This document shows, one piece after another, positions 37,633-45,677 of a stretch of DNA of 47,099 nucleotides; positions within the stretch are counted from its first letter, which is position 1; each line of letters begins with the position of its first letter. Made by a program: the position numbers and the translations under genes. This DNA is from a virus (lineage: Duplodnaviria > Caudoviricetes), in the IMG/VR virus record IMGVR_UViG_3300020393_000695, positions 1 through 47,099 of that record; one strand, given 5' to 3'. The notes under the pieces are model-generated. The model saw only the letters and a program-made list of their open reading frames with translations. It did no database searches and was not told the DNA's origin.

Positions 37633-38024
37633 GTTATCCAAAAATCATAAGTATCTACAAAAAAAGTGATGGAATCATTTGTCAGGTTCTTACGGTTTCC
37701 GAAGAATCAGCATTGAATATTTCAGAAGATTTCGGGTATGTAGATGGCAGTTATGAAAAAGGAAAATACAAAGTAGAAAATGACAAAGTAATAGCTTACA
37801 CACCAAATTATATTTTAGGAACAAATTCTGGAAATGTTAGAGAAGAAAGGAATAGAAGACTTTTACAATCAGATTGGACACAGTTACCAGATAGCCCCCT
37901 ATCAGATTCTAAAAAAACTGAATGGGCTACTTACCGACAACAACTGCGAGATATGATGGGTTCTTATACTGACTCAGAAAATAACACAGTTGAAAATACA
38001 ACATTTCCCACACAACCAAGTTAG
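37629..38024 (+). CDS. Tail fibre assembly chaperone
   Basis: VREERNRRLLQSDWTQLPDSPL...WATYRQQLRD...FPTQP. Confidence 0.85.
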   Translation: MSYPKIISIYKKSDGIICQVLTVSEESALNISEDFGYVDGSYEKGKYKVENDKVIAYTPNYILGTNSGNVREERNRRLLQSDWTQLPDSPLSDSKKTEWATYRQQLRDMMGSYTDSENNTVENTTFPTQPS

Positions 38025-38033
38025 GAGTAAACA

Positions 38034-38360
38034 ATGGAAGAAATAAAAAAAGAAGAACCAATAAAAAAACGTCTTGAGTTAGACATAGATGTAACACCAC
38101 AAAATAACGGAGAGAATCCATATATAAATTGGGTACACTTAGCGAAAACCATAGATGCTTGGCGCATTTTTCCTAGAATCTTTGTAAGTGTTTATATAGT
38201 TCTTTTATACAAAGTTGTAATATGGTTTATGGAATTACCAGAACCAAACTTAGAACAATCTGCTTTGGTATCAATAGTGGTTGGTGCTATGGCTGCAGTA
38301 TTTGGAATATATGCAGGTACTTCAGGACAAAGCAAAAAGTTTAGAGGTGAAGAGAATTAA
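38034..38360 (+). CDS. Two-TM membrane protein, holin candidate
   Basis: WRIFPRIFVSVYIVLLY and ALVSIVVGAMAAVFGIY helices with a charged C-terminus. First gene after the tail module. Confidence 0.55.
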   Translation: MEEIKKEEPIKKRLELDIDVTPQNNGENPYINWVHLAKTIDAWRIFPRIFVSVYIVLLYKVVIWFMELPEPNLEQSALVSIVVGAMAAVFGIYAGTSGQSKKFRGEEN

Positions 38361-38653
38361 TGGAAACTTTTAATCTTATTGCAGAGGTTGGAGTTCCAAT
38401 TGCAGGTGCTTTGATTATGGCTTATTTCATATTCTTAGTTATGAAACAATTGTTGTCAGGTTTAGTATCAGAAATCAAACAAATACAAGGCATTACTCAA
38501 ATGTTGATTACAAGAGCTTCTATTATGAATAATGATATGATTCGGATAGATACCAGTGTTTCTTCAGCTTTAGATTTAAGACCAGATTTACAAAGAATTG
38601 CTAGAGCAGAGAATTTTGTAGAAGATGGGAAAATTGATGCTAGAAGAGATTGA
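38360..38653 (+). CDS. Single-TM coiled-coil membrane protein A
   Basis: LIAEVGVPIAGALIMAYFIFLVM followed by a coiled coil with DMIRI. Confidence 0.75.
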   Translation: METFNLIAEVGVPIAGALIMAYFIFLVMKQLLSGLVSEIKQIQGITQMLITRASIMNNDMIRIDTSVSSALDLRPDLQRIARAENFVEDGKIDARRD

Positions 38654-38937
38654 TGGACATTGCACAATTAATTGCTGATTTTGGTTTCCCTGTTGTTATG
38701 GTTGTTGGGTTAGGATACTTTGTCTATTACGTTTGGCAAACTATCACAAATACAATTGATCCTGCTGTTTCAGATATGAAAAAAACTATTATTAGATTGA
38801 CAGATCAATTACGTTTGCTTGATCAGGATATGATACGATTGCAACAAAAGGTGAATACCGTTTTAGAATTAAAAGAAGAAAAGAAAAATGAAACGAAAAA
38901 AAACAAGACAAGAACTAGAGCAAGACGAAAAAGTTAA
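38653..38937 (+). CDS. Single-TM coiled-coil membrane protein B (paralogue of A)
   Basis: LIADFGFPVVMVVGLGYFVYYVW followed by a coiled coil with DMIRL. ATG at 38653 overlaps the upstream TGA. Confidence 0.75.
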   Translation: MDIAQLIADFGFPVVMVVGLGYFVYYVWQTITNTIDPAVSDMKKTIIRLTDQLRLLDQDMIRLQQKVNTVLELKEEKKNETKKNKTRTRARRKS

Positions 38938-39400
38938 ATATTGGTTTACCATTGTTGGGTTTTCAGTGATATGTTTGACTTTGCTTTTCGGAGCTTTTCA
39001 AACAGCTTTTGCAGATGAAATGCGTCATAAATTCAAATCTCCAAGTTTTTCTGGGAATGGTACATCTCAACATTATTTGACCATAGAAAATCAAGAACAC
39101 CTTAGAAAGAAACAAATTGAAGAAGAGAAACAAGCTCTTTTGGATGAACTTGAAAGAGATGAAGCTAATTCCACAGTTGCGAGATTTATACGTAATTTAG
39201 AATCTAGGGTTTATGCTAACTTATCAAGACAACTTGTAGAAAACCTTTTTGGAGAAGATGCACAACAATTTGGTTCTATTATGCTTGAAGGCAATCTCAT
39301 AGAGTATGTTGCAACTGATGAAACAATTACACTCACAATCACAGATGAAAATGGTCAAACTACCGATATCACATTTCCTCTTAATAGTTTTACTTTCTAG
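38888..39400 (+). CDS. csgF: CsgF-like curli assembly protein
   Basis: Signal peptide ending AFA, then DEMRHKFKSPSFSGNG...LTIENQE (compare CsgF F-x-NPxFGG), F-x-x-x-LE-x-x-x-x-x-x-LSRQL, and ITITDENGQTTDITFP. Confidence 0.75.
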   Translation: MKRKKTRQELEQDEKVKYWFTIVGFSVICLTLLFGAFQTAFADEMRHKFKSPSFSGNGTSQHYLTIENQEHLRKKQIEEEKQALLDELERDEANSTVARFIRNLESRVYANLSRQLVENLFGEDAQQFGSIMLEGNLIEYVATDETITLTITDENGQTTDITFPLNSFTF

Positions 39401-40196
39401 TTGTGCAAATTTAAAGTTTGATGCCAACCCTAATGTAAAAATATCAAAGTATCCTTATGTAACAGATGTTATTAATAGGGATATCATCAAACAAAGACCA
39501 CCAAAAGAAAATTTAATAGTTGCTGTTTACGAAAATAGTTTTTCTGATCTCACAGGACAAAGAAGAAGCAATAGTGAATATGCTTCTTTTAGTACAGCAG
39601 TTACACAAGGTTCACATAATATCCTTATCAAAGTTTTAAAAGATGTAAGCAATGGAAAGTTTTTTACAGTAGTAGAACGTGTTGCATTAGAGAATCTTAC
39701 AAAAGAAAGACAAATCATTAGGAGTGCTAGACAAAATTTTGAGGAGGATAAGCAACTTGGTAGTTTGTTATTTGCAGGAATGTTATTTGAGGGTGGAATT
39801 ATTTCCTATGAAAACAATGTCAGGAGTGGTGGTTCAGGTGCAAGGTTTCTTGGTTTAGGTGCTTCTAGAGAATACCGACAAGATGCAATTACTATCAGTT
39901 TGCGATTAGTTTCTGTTCTTACTGGGAGAATCCTTTTAGAAGAAACGGTTGCAAAAACTATACTCTCAGTTTCAACAAATCAGGACACTTTCAGGTTTGT
40001 TAGAAACAATACGGAATTAGTTGAAATTGAGAACGGAAACGTGGAAAATGAATCCATTACTATTGCATTGCAATCTGCCATAGAAGAAGCAGTTCTCAGA
40101 ATCATAGAGAAGGGATTTGAACAAAAATTTTGGAGCTATGATGAAACAAATATTATTGATTGCACTGATGATGTCTGCTCTGATATACGGGGCTGA
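39345..40196 (+). CDS. csgG: CsgG-like outer-membrane secretion lipoprotein
   Basis: Lipobox LSSC, VAVY...FSDLTGQR...FSTAVTQG, VVERVALENLTKERQIIR, EGGIISYE...GGSGARFLGLG...YRQD. Start at 39345 or 39351. Confidence 0.92.
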   Translation: MKMVKLPISHFLLIVLLSSCANLKFDANPNVKISKYPYVTDVINRDIIKQRPPKENLIVAVYENSFSDLTGQRRSNSEYASFSTAVTQGSHNILIKVLKDVSNGKFFTVVERVALENLTKERQIIRSARQNFEEDKQLGSLLFAGMLFEGGIISYENNVRSGGSGARFLGLGASREYRQDAITISLRLVSVLTGRILLEETVAKTILSVSTNQDTFRFVRNNTELVEIENGNVENESITIALQSAIEEAVLRIIEKGFEQKFWSYDETNIIDCTDDVCSDIRG

Positions 40197-40848
40197 TAAC
40201 GAAATACAAATAGACCAAACTGGTGGCACATTGAATGCCGATATTGAACAGTTAGGTTCAGGTAACTTAATAGGTGGAAGTGATGCAACTGCAGGTGATA
40301 TGACTGCACTTGATTTAGATGGTGCAACCATGACTATTGATATCAACCAAATAGGTGATTCAAACCTTTTCAAAGGGGATATAGTATCAGATACTTTCAC
40401 AGGTTTTTTTAACTTTGATGGCAACTCAAATATTTTTGATATACAAGTTGATCCTACGAATACATATGGTGCTGATAATTCTGATTTGAATATACAGGTT
40501 TCTGGTAACTCAAATGATCTTTCTTTAGATCAAGCTACAACATCAATGACTTCTGCTCTTGATTTAGATTGGATAATACAGGGAGATTCAAACATCATTG
40601 ATGCTGATATTGATGTTGATTTATCAACTAACTATATGGACATTGATGGAAACTCAAATCAACTGACATTTGATTCAAGTGGTTATCAAGGTGGCTATTT
40701 TTACATTGACCATACAGGGAACAGTAGAAATTTTTCTATTAATCAACAATCTACATTAGACAATGACTGGTTACGTGTATTTAGTAATGGTGATAACGGC
40801 ACTTTCTGTATCAACCAAAATGATGGGGGCACCAGTACCAGTTGTTGA
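40138..40848 (+). CDS. Secreted curlin-repeat protein (CsgA/CsgB-like)
   Basis: Signal peptide, then about 8 imperfect repeats of type (I/L)x(I/Q)xGxxNx(F/I/L)x(I/L)xQ. Rich in Asn, Asp, Gly and Gln. Directly follows csgG. Confidence 0.72.
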   Translation: MMKQILLIALMMSALIYGADNEIQIDQTGGTLNADIEQLGSGNLIGGSDATAGDMTALDLDGATMTIDINQIGDSNLFKGDIVSDTFTGFFNFDGNSNIFDIQVDPTNTYGADNSDLNIQVSGNSNDLSLDQATTSMTSALDLDWIIQGDSNIIDADIDVDLSTNYMDIDGNSNQLTFDSSGYQGGYFYIDHTGNSRNFSINQQSTLDNDWLRVFSNGDNGTFCINQNDGGTSTSC

Positions 40849-41875
40849 TATTGGTGCTGTAAAGGAAGTATCTGGGACTACTAAACTCATTAGAGATAAT
40901 GAGTATGATCTTTTTGAAAACTTTCAAATACAAAGTTATGATGATGTTCGGACAGCTAATGGAAGAGTTGCAATAAATTTTATAGATGAATCTGAAGTAA
41001 GACTTACCGAACATTCTTCATTGGTCATTGATGAATACATTTATGACCCAAACCCAACTAAAACCAAAATGGCACTGAAGTTTGCTTCAGGCACTGCAAG
41101 GTTCATTTCAGGCAATCTAGCAAAAATAGATAAAAGAAATATATCTCTAAAAACTCCAACGGCCCAAATTGCTGTAAGAGGAACTGACTTTACTTGTACA
41201 GTAGATGAACTTGGAAAGAGTTTAATAATTCTTTTACCAGATGAAAATGGTGATGCTTCAGGTGAAATTGTAGTCAGTACACTTGCAGGGCAAGTAGTTT
41301 TGAACAAACCTTACGAATCAACAGTTACCAGTCTGTATGAAACACCACCTTCCAACCCAGTGATTTTGAATTTAGATTTAGCTTTCATAGATAATTATTT
41401 GATTATCAATCCACCAAATGAGGAACGTTTAGATATTGGACAGGATTCACAAAATGGTTCTGCAGATTATTTAGAGTTTGCAGAATTAGATTTTGATTTC
41501 TTAGCAGAAGATTTTTTAGATAATGAACAAGAACTTGAGTTTACAGAATTAGATATTGATTATTTAGATCAAAACTTTTTAGAAGATTTGTTGAATGTTA
41601 TTGATAGTTTGGCTGTTGATGAAACTGATGAACTTAGTCAAGTTGCTTCATCAGTTAATATTCAAGGCACTTTTGTTGGACAAGATGGTGATACGCAAAT
41701 AACTACTATTCTTCAAGATGCAAAAGCTAGTTTCCGAAGAAATATTTCTAATAGCTTACAAATTGATATTGATGATGATTCAAGCACGACTATCATCATG
41801 GAACAAGATGGAGTGTCAAATCTTATCAAGCTTAATGGTGGAACTGATTCTACTATCTCAATAAATCAAACATGA
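40763..41875 (+). CDS. Exported FecR-domain protein with an acidic linker
   Basis: N-terminal hydrophobic leader, DDVRTANGRVAINFIDESEVRLTEHSSLVID and LKTPTAQIAVRGTDF. Confidence 0.85.
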   Translation: MTGYVYLVMVITALSVSTKMMGAPVPVVDIGAVKEVSGTTKLIRDNEYDLFENFQIQSYDDVRTANGRVAINFIDESEVRLTEHSSLVIDEYIYDPNPTKTKMALKFASGTARFISGNLAKIDKRNISLKTPTAQIAVRGTDFTCTVDELGKSLIILLPDENGDASGEIVVSTLAGQVVLNKPYESTVTSLYETPPSNPVILNLDLAFIDNYLIINPPNEERLDIGQDSQNGSADYLEFAELDFDFLAEDFLDNEQELEFTELDIDYLDQNFLEDLLNVIDSLAVDETDELSQVASSVNIQGTFVGQDGDTQITTILQDAKASFRRNISNSLQIDIDDDSSTTIIMEQDGVSNLIKLNGGTDSTISINQT

Positions 41876-43635
41876 AATATATCGGCTTAGCATTTATATT
41901 TTTACTTGCTTTACCCCTCTTTTTTCAGGTGACAATTTTAGAGATAGTAAAACTAAATACTTTTGATTATTTTGTTGACACTCCAAAACCTACAGGGAAT
42001 TTTGTTATTCTTAATATTACAGATGAAGATATTGATTCTGAAGGCGGCTATCCTTTACCACGTTCAAAATTAGCTGAAATACAAATCCAACTTTTGAGAG
42101 AAGGTGCAATTGGTATAGGTTGGGGTTTTGGTTTTCCTCATGCAGATAGATTGGATGGTGATAGAGATTTTGTAAAAGCTCTCTCCTATAGTCCAAGTGT
42201 TATCTCTTCTTTTGAAAACAATTCACAGAATTTTCCAAGACCTACTGGAACTGTAATTCTTGGTCCAGATGCAAACGGAATCCAAACAAATGGAGTCATT
42301 CAAAATATTCCTGTATTGCGTTCTGTAGCTTTGGAGGGAGTTGCGACTGCAAGAACAGAGATTGATAATCTAGTTAGAAGAATACCTTTGTTGTACAAAA
42401 CTCCAGAGGGTTGGATTGCTAGTTTTGGCACACAAGTTTTAAAAGCTCTCACAGATTCCAATACTTATATCATCAAAACAAATGAATCTGGTATTGAAGA
42501 AATAACTATCAAAGGCATACCACCAGTGAAAACAGATTTGCTTGGAAGGAAATGGATATCATGGGTAGCTACAGAAGAAACTACACTTCAAGAAATGAAT
42601 GTCAAAGATAAGTTTGTTTTTGTTGGAATTACAGCAAAAGGGATAATGCCACAGGTCGCAACACCTGTTGGGTTACTTGAACCCCATAAAATACAAACTG
42701 CGTTAGCAGAATCACTGCTCCTTGAAAATAGCCCTTATGTACCAAGTTATGCAAAATTGGTGGAAATCATGGTATTTTTCTTATCTGTGGGCTCCATATG
42801 GCTCATTCTAGCCCGTTTTGGAGTAACTTTGGGTATAAGTACCTCCGTATTTATCCTGCTTGTGGTGGGCTTGTTAGGAGTTCAAGCTATTAAAAATGGT
42901 TTCTTAATAGATGTAACTTGGACTCTTATTTCAAGTGTATTGGTTGGAACGTTAGCTTTCTATTTACGATTTAGAGAGCAGTACAAACTACGTTTACAAA
43001 TTAAGAAACAATTTGAACATTATCTTGACCCAAGACAGGTAAAACAACTTCAAAAGAATCCTGACTTATTAAAATTGGGTGGTGAAAAAAGAACGGCAAC
43101 TTTTTTGTTTACAGATTTACGTGGGTTCACATCTCTCTCAGAAAAACTTGAACCAGAAGAAGTTACAAAAATTATGAACCGAGTTTTATCAGTACAATCA
43201 AAATGCGTTCAACATCACGGTGGGATGATAGATAAATTTATAGGTGATGCAATGATGGGCATTTTCAATGCACCTTTAGATTTAGAAGATCACGAAGATT
43301 GTGCAGTTCTTTGTGCAATGGATATATGTGATGAAATAGAAATGTTAAATGCAGAATTACAAAAAGAGGGTAAACCCTTAGTAGCGATTGGTATTGGTAT
43401 AAACACAGGAGAAGCCATTATTGGAAACATGGGCAGTAGTACAAGATTTGATTACACAGCAATTGGGGATGCAGTAAACATTGCAGCCAGACTTGAAAGT
43501 GCAACTAAAGAACAAGGTGTAGATATTTTAGTTGGCGAAACAACACAATTTAATTCTTGTCATAACCTACAACTGGAAGCTAAAATCAACGTCAAAGGAA
43601 AAGAATTACCTTTGAATGTTTATACATTAGTATGA
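41872..43635 (+). CDS. CHASE2-domain membrane class III adenylate cyclase
   Basis: CHASE2 motifs ILNITDEDI...YPLPR, DNLVRRIPL and KFVFVGITA, then 3 TMs, then the cyclase motifs FTDLRGFT, DKFIGDA and DYTAIGDAVNIAARLES. Confidence 0.95.
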   Translation: MKYIGLAFIFLLALPLFFQVTILEIVKLNTFDYFVDTPKPTGNFVILNITDEDIDSEGGYPLPRSKLAEIQIQLLREGAIGIGWGFGFPHADRLDGDRDFVKALSYSPSVISSFENNSQNFPRPTGTVILGPDANGIQTNGVIQNIPVLRSVALEGVATARTEIDNLVRRIPLLYKTPEGWIASFGTQVLKALTDSNTYIIKTNESGIEEITIKGIPPVKTDLLGRKWISWVATEETTLQEMNVKDKFVFVGITAKGIMPQVATPVGLLEPHKIQTALAESLLLENSPYVPSYAKLVEIMVFFLSVGSIWLILARFGVTLGISTSVFILLVVGLLGVQAIKNGFLIDVTWTLISSVLVGTLAFYLRFREQYKLRLQIKKQFEHYLDPRQVKQLQKNPDLLKLGGEKRTATFLFTDLRGFTSLSEKLEPEEVTKIMNRVLSVQSKCVQHHGGMIDKFIGDAMMGIFNAPLDLEDHEDCAVLCAMDICDEIEMLNAELQKEGKPLVAIGIGINTGEAIIGNMGSSTRFDYTAIGDAVNIAARLESATKEQGVDILVGETTQFNSCHNLQLEAKINVKGKELPLNVYTLV

Positions 43636-44033
43636 AAGTCACAATAATATTAGGAGTTTTACTCTTAACAACAGTAACAAGTTCTGGATTGATAATAAGA
43701 AACTTGATGCTCAAGAATTCTGTTTTAGAAGCAAATCAATTAGTTTTAGAAGATAAAATTGTTGAACAAAACGAATCAATAAAAACTTATTTGGCAAACC
43801 AAGAAAGACACAACAAGCAACTAACAGAGATGCAAAATTCTGTTAATGCAGCACAAAGATTGGTTACAGACTTAAGAAACACTTTTGCAAAACATGATTT
43901 GAATAATCTGGCATTAATGAAACCAAAACTTATTGAAAAAAGAATTAATTCAGCTTCAAAAAAAGTTTTTGATAAATTGGTAGAAACAACAAATCCAAAT
44001 CAATTTGATGAAATACCTGATAACGATTCTTAG
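43632..44033 (+). CDS. Inner-membrane spanin (Rz-like), putative
   Basis: N-terminal TM and long coiled coil, overlapping a downstream lipoprotein gene. Confidence 0.7.
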   Translation: MKVTIILGVLLLTTVTSSGLIIRNLMLKNSVLEANQLVLEDKIVEQNESIKTYLANQERHNKQLTEMQNSVNAAQRLVTDLRNTFAKHDLNNLALMKPKLIEKRINSASKKVFDKLVETTNPNQFDEIPDNDS

Positions 44034-44364
44034 TTTATTTATCTTTACAAGTTGTGCTTCTATGCAAAGAACACAACCAGTAGAGGTCGTAACAATTACA
44101 GAAAAGGCACCAATGTTTCATCCACCTTTACCACTTGAATTACAACTTGCAGAAGTAGAATTTGAGGTTCTTACACCAGAAATTATGAAAGAGTATTTAC
44201 AATTGATTGAAGAAGGAAAAGCACCGGCAAGACCCTATTATGCTCTCACGACAAAGGGGTACGAAAACATATCTAATAATATTGCAGATATACAGCGATA
44301 CATTTCCAACATATTGTTAATAGTTGAATATTATAGAAATTATGACGAGAAAGAAGATGAATGA
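44008..44364 (+). CDS. Outer-membrane spanin lipoprotein (Rz1-like), putative
   Basis: Lipobox FTSC and Pro-rich APMFHPPLP. Confidence 0.7.
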   Translation: MKYLITILSLFIFTSCASMQRTQPVEVVTITEKAPMFHPPLPLELQLAEVEFEVLTPEIMKEYLQLIEEGKAPARPYYALTTKGYENISNNIADIQRYISNILLIVEYYRNYDEKEDE

Positions 44365-44743
44365 TCCATACTATTATAATTGTAATCTAGTGAAAGTAAT
44401 TGATGGAGATACCATAGATGTTGATATTGATTTAGGTTTCAATATTGTACTTTCAAAAAGACGTATAAGATTGATGGGCATAGATACACCAGAAAGCAGA
44501 ACAAGAAATCTTGCAGAAAAAGAATTAGGTTTAAAAGCTAAAGATAGACTGATAGAACTATGTGGAGAAAAATTACAGTTACTATCTTATGGCACAGATA
44601 AATACGGAAGAGTTTTGGGAGTACCACATACAATTGACGGTTATGATATTTGCAAAATATTAATTGAGGAAAATCATGCAGTTTCTTATTGGGGTGGTAA
44701 AAAAGTTGCTAAAGTTCTGCCAAATGGAAAATGGGGGGTATGA
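44357..44743 (+). CDS. Staphylococcal-nuclease-like (thermonuclease) protein
   Basis: VIDGDT, RIRLMGIDTPE and DKYGRVLG. Confidence 0.9.
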   Translation: MNDPYYYNCNLVKVIDGDTIDVDIDLGFNIVLSKRRIRLMGIDTPESRTRNLAEKELGLKAKDRLIELCGEKLQLLSYGTDKYGRVLGVPHTIDGYDICKILIEENHAVSYWGGKKVAKVLPNGKWGV

Positions 44744-44744
44744 A

Positions 44745-45188
44745 ATGAGAATCTCAGAAGAAGGAAAAAGTTTAATTAAAAAGTTTGAAGGATGTCGTCT
44801 AGAGGCATATCTTTGTCCTGCTGATTATTGGACTATTGGATATGGACACATAAAAGGAGTGCAAGAAGGAGATACGATTACTCAAGAAATGGCAGATATT
44901 TATTTAGATAGTGATATAGAAGAATTTGAATCCTATGTTGAAGGAATGGTAGATATTCCCCTTAGTCAAAATGAATTTGACGCATTAGTTTGTTGGACAT
45001 TCAATCTGGGACCAACAAATTTAGGTAGCTCCACATTATTGAAGGTTCTCAATCAAGGCAAAAAAGAAGAAGTACCATTTGAAATCAAACGTTGGAATAA
45101 AAGCAATGGAGAAGTTCTAGAAGGTTTGGTGAGAAGAAGAGAAGCAGAAGCATTACTCTTTGAAGGTAAGGAGTGGGAAAATATTTAG
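44745..45188 (+). CDS. Endolysin, GH24 phage lysozyme
   Basis: LIKKFEGCRLEAYLCPADYWTIGYGH...FNLG...GLVRRREAE. Confidence 0.95.
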   Translation: MRISEEGKSLIKKFEGCRLEAYLCPADYWTIGYGHIKGVQEGDTITQEMADIYLDSDIEEFESYVEGMVDIPLSQNEFDALVCWTFNLGPTNLGSSTLLKVLNQGKKEEVPFEIKRWNKSNGEVLEGLVRRREAEALLFEGKEWENI

Positions 45189-45415
45189 TGGCTTTATCTA
45201 AAACACAAAACAAACGATTAGGCATTCTTTTGTCAGTTATGTTTGCAGAAGAATTGACTGATGATGATGTGAAAGAAGTTGTAGAGCAGAATCTTGTAGA
45301 AAAGGTTCACGGTAATTATATGATCACCGAAAAAGGATTATCTGAAAAAAATCGTCTTTGTACTCTTGCAGGTTTGGTAATTCGTTATCAATCAGAAAAA
45401 AAAGAGGGGAGTTAG
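45173..45415 (+). CDS. Hypothetical protein
   Basis: Last plus-strand ORF before the convergent terminator. Start uncertain (GTG at 45173 or 45188). Confidence 0.6.
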   Translation: MGKYLVALSKTQNKRLGILLSVMFAEELTDDDVKEVVEQNLVEKVHGNYMITEKGLSEKNRLCTLAGLVIRYQSEKKEGS

Positions 45416-45424
45416 ACTCCCCTC
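45396..45424 (-). terminator. Rho-independent terminator at the early/late convergence
   Basis: GAGGGGAGT-TAG-ACTCCCCTC 9-bp stem with an A8 tract on the left (U tract on the minus strand). Confidence 0.85.
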
Positions 45425-45491
45425 ATAAACCACATTGTATTGATAAAATACTAAGTTTTATTGGGATAAAACTCAGCCGAGGTGTGTGGTT

Positions 45492-45677
45492 TTAGTTTTC
45501 TCTTTGAAGAACTTGATAGTCATATTTTTGCCAAATGTCTTCTTTGAATACATCCCAATTTGCACATTCGGTTTCAATGATTTTATCTGCTCTATCAAAA
45601 CCATAATTTTTTACAAGTTCTGAATACCTTCTATAAGTTCTTTCGTAACTCATAAATTCTTTCATTGTTTTTTTCAT
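45492..45677 (-). CDS. Hypothetical early protein
   Basis: ATGA-coupled to the upstream ORF. Confidence 0.65.
   Translation of the reverse strand: MKKTMKEFMSYERTYRRYSELVKNYGFDRADKIIETECANWDVFKEDIWQKYDYQVLQREN

Noticed and set aside
13371-40424. Numerous minus-strand ORFs of 60-150 aa opposite structural genes
   Set aside because: They are fully antisense to well-supported genes and have no SDs or recognisable motifs.
41872-43635. Pycsar/CBASS-like defence cyclase
   Set aside because: The CHASE2 plus 3-TM receptor architecture and adenine-specifying residues argue against it, and no adjacent TIR or cNMP-binding effector is present.
38888-43635. Host chromosomal contamination or chimera explaining the curli-cyclase block
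   Set aside because: The genes overlap phage genes at both borders, composition looks the same by eye, and the genome closes as a circle. Read mapping would still be the definitive test.
45427-45492. tRNA gene
   Set aside because: There is no TTC-containing T-loop, D-loop GG or 7-nt anticodon loop. It is kept only as a generic structured RNA candidate.
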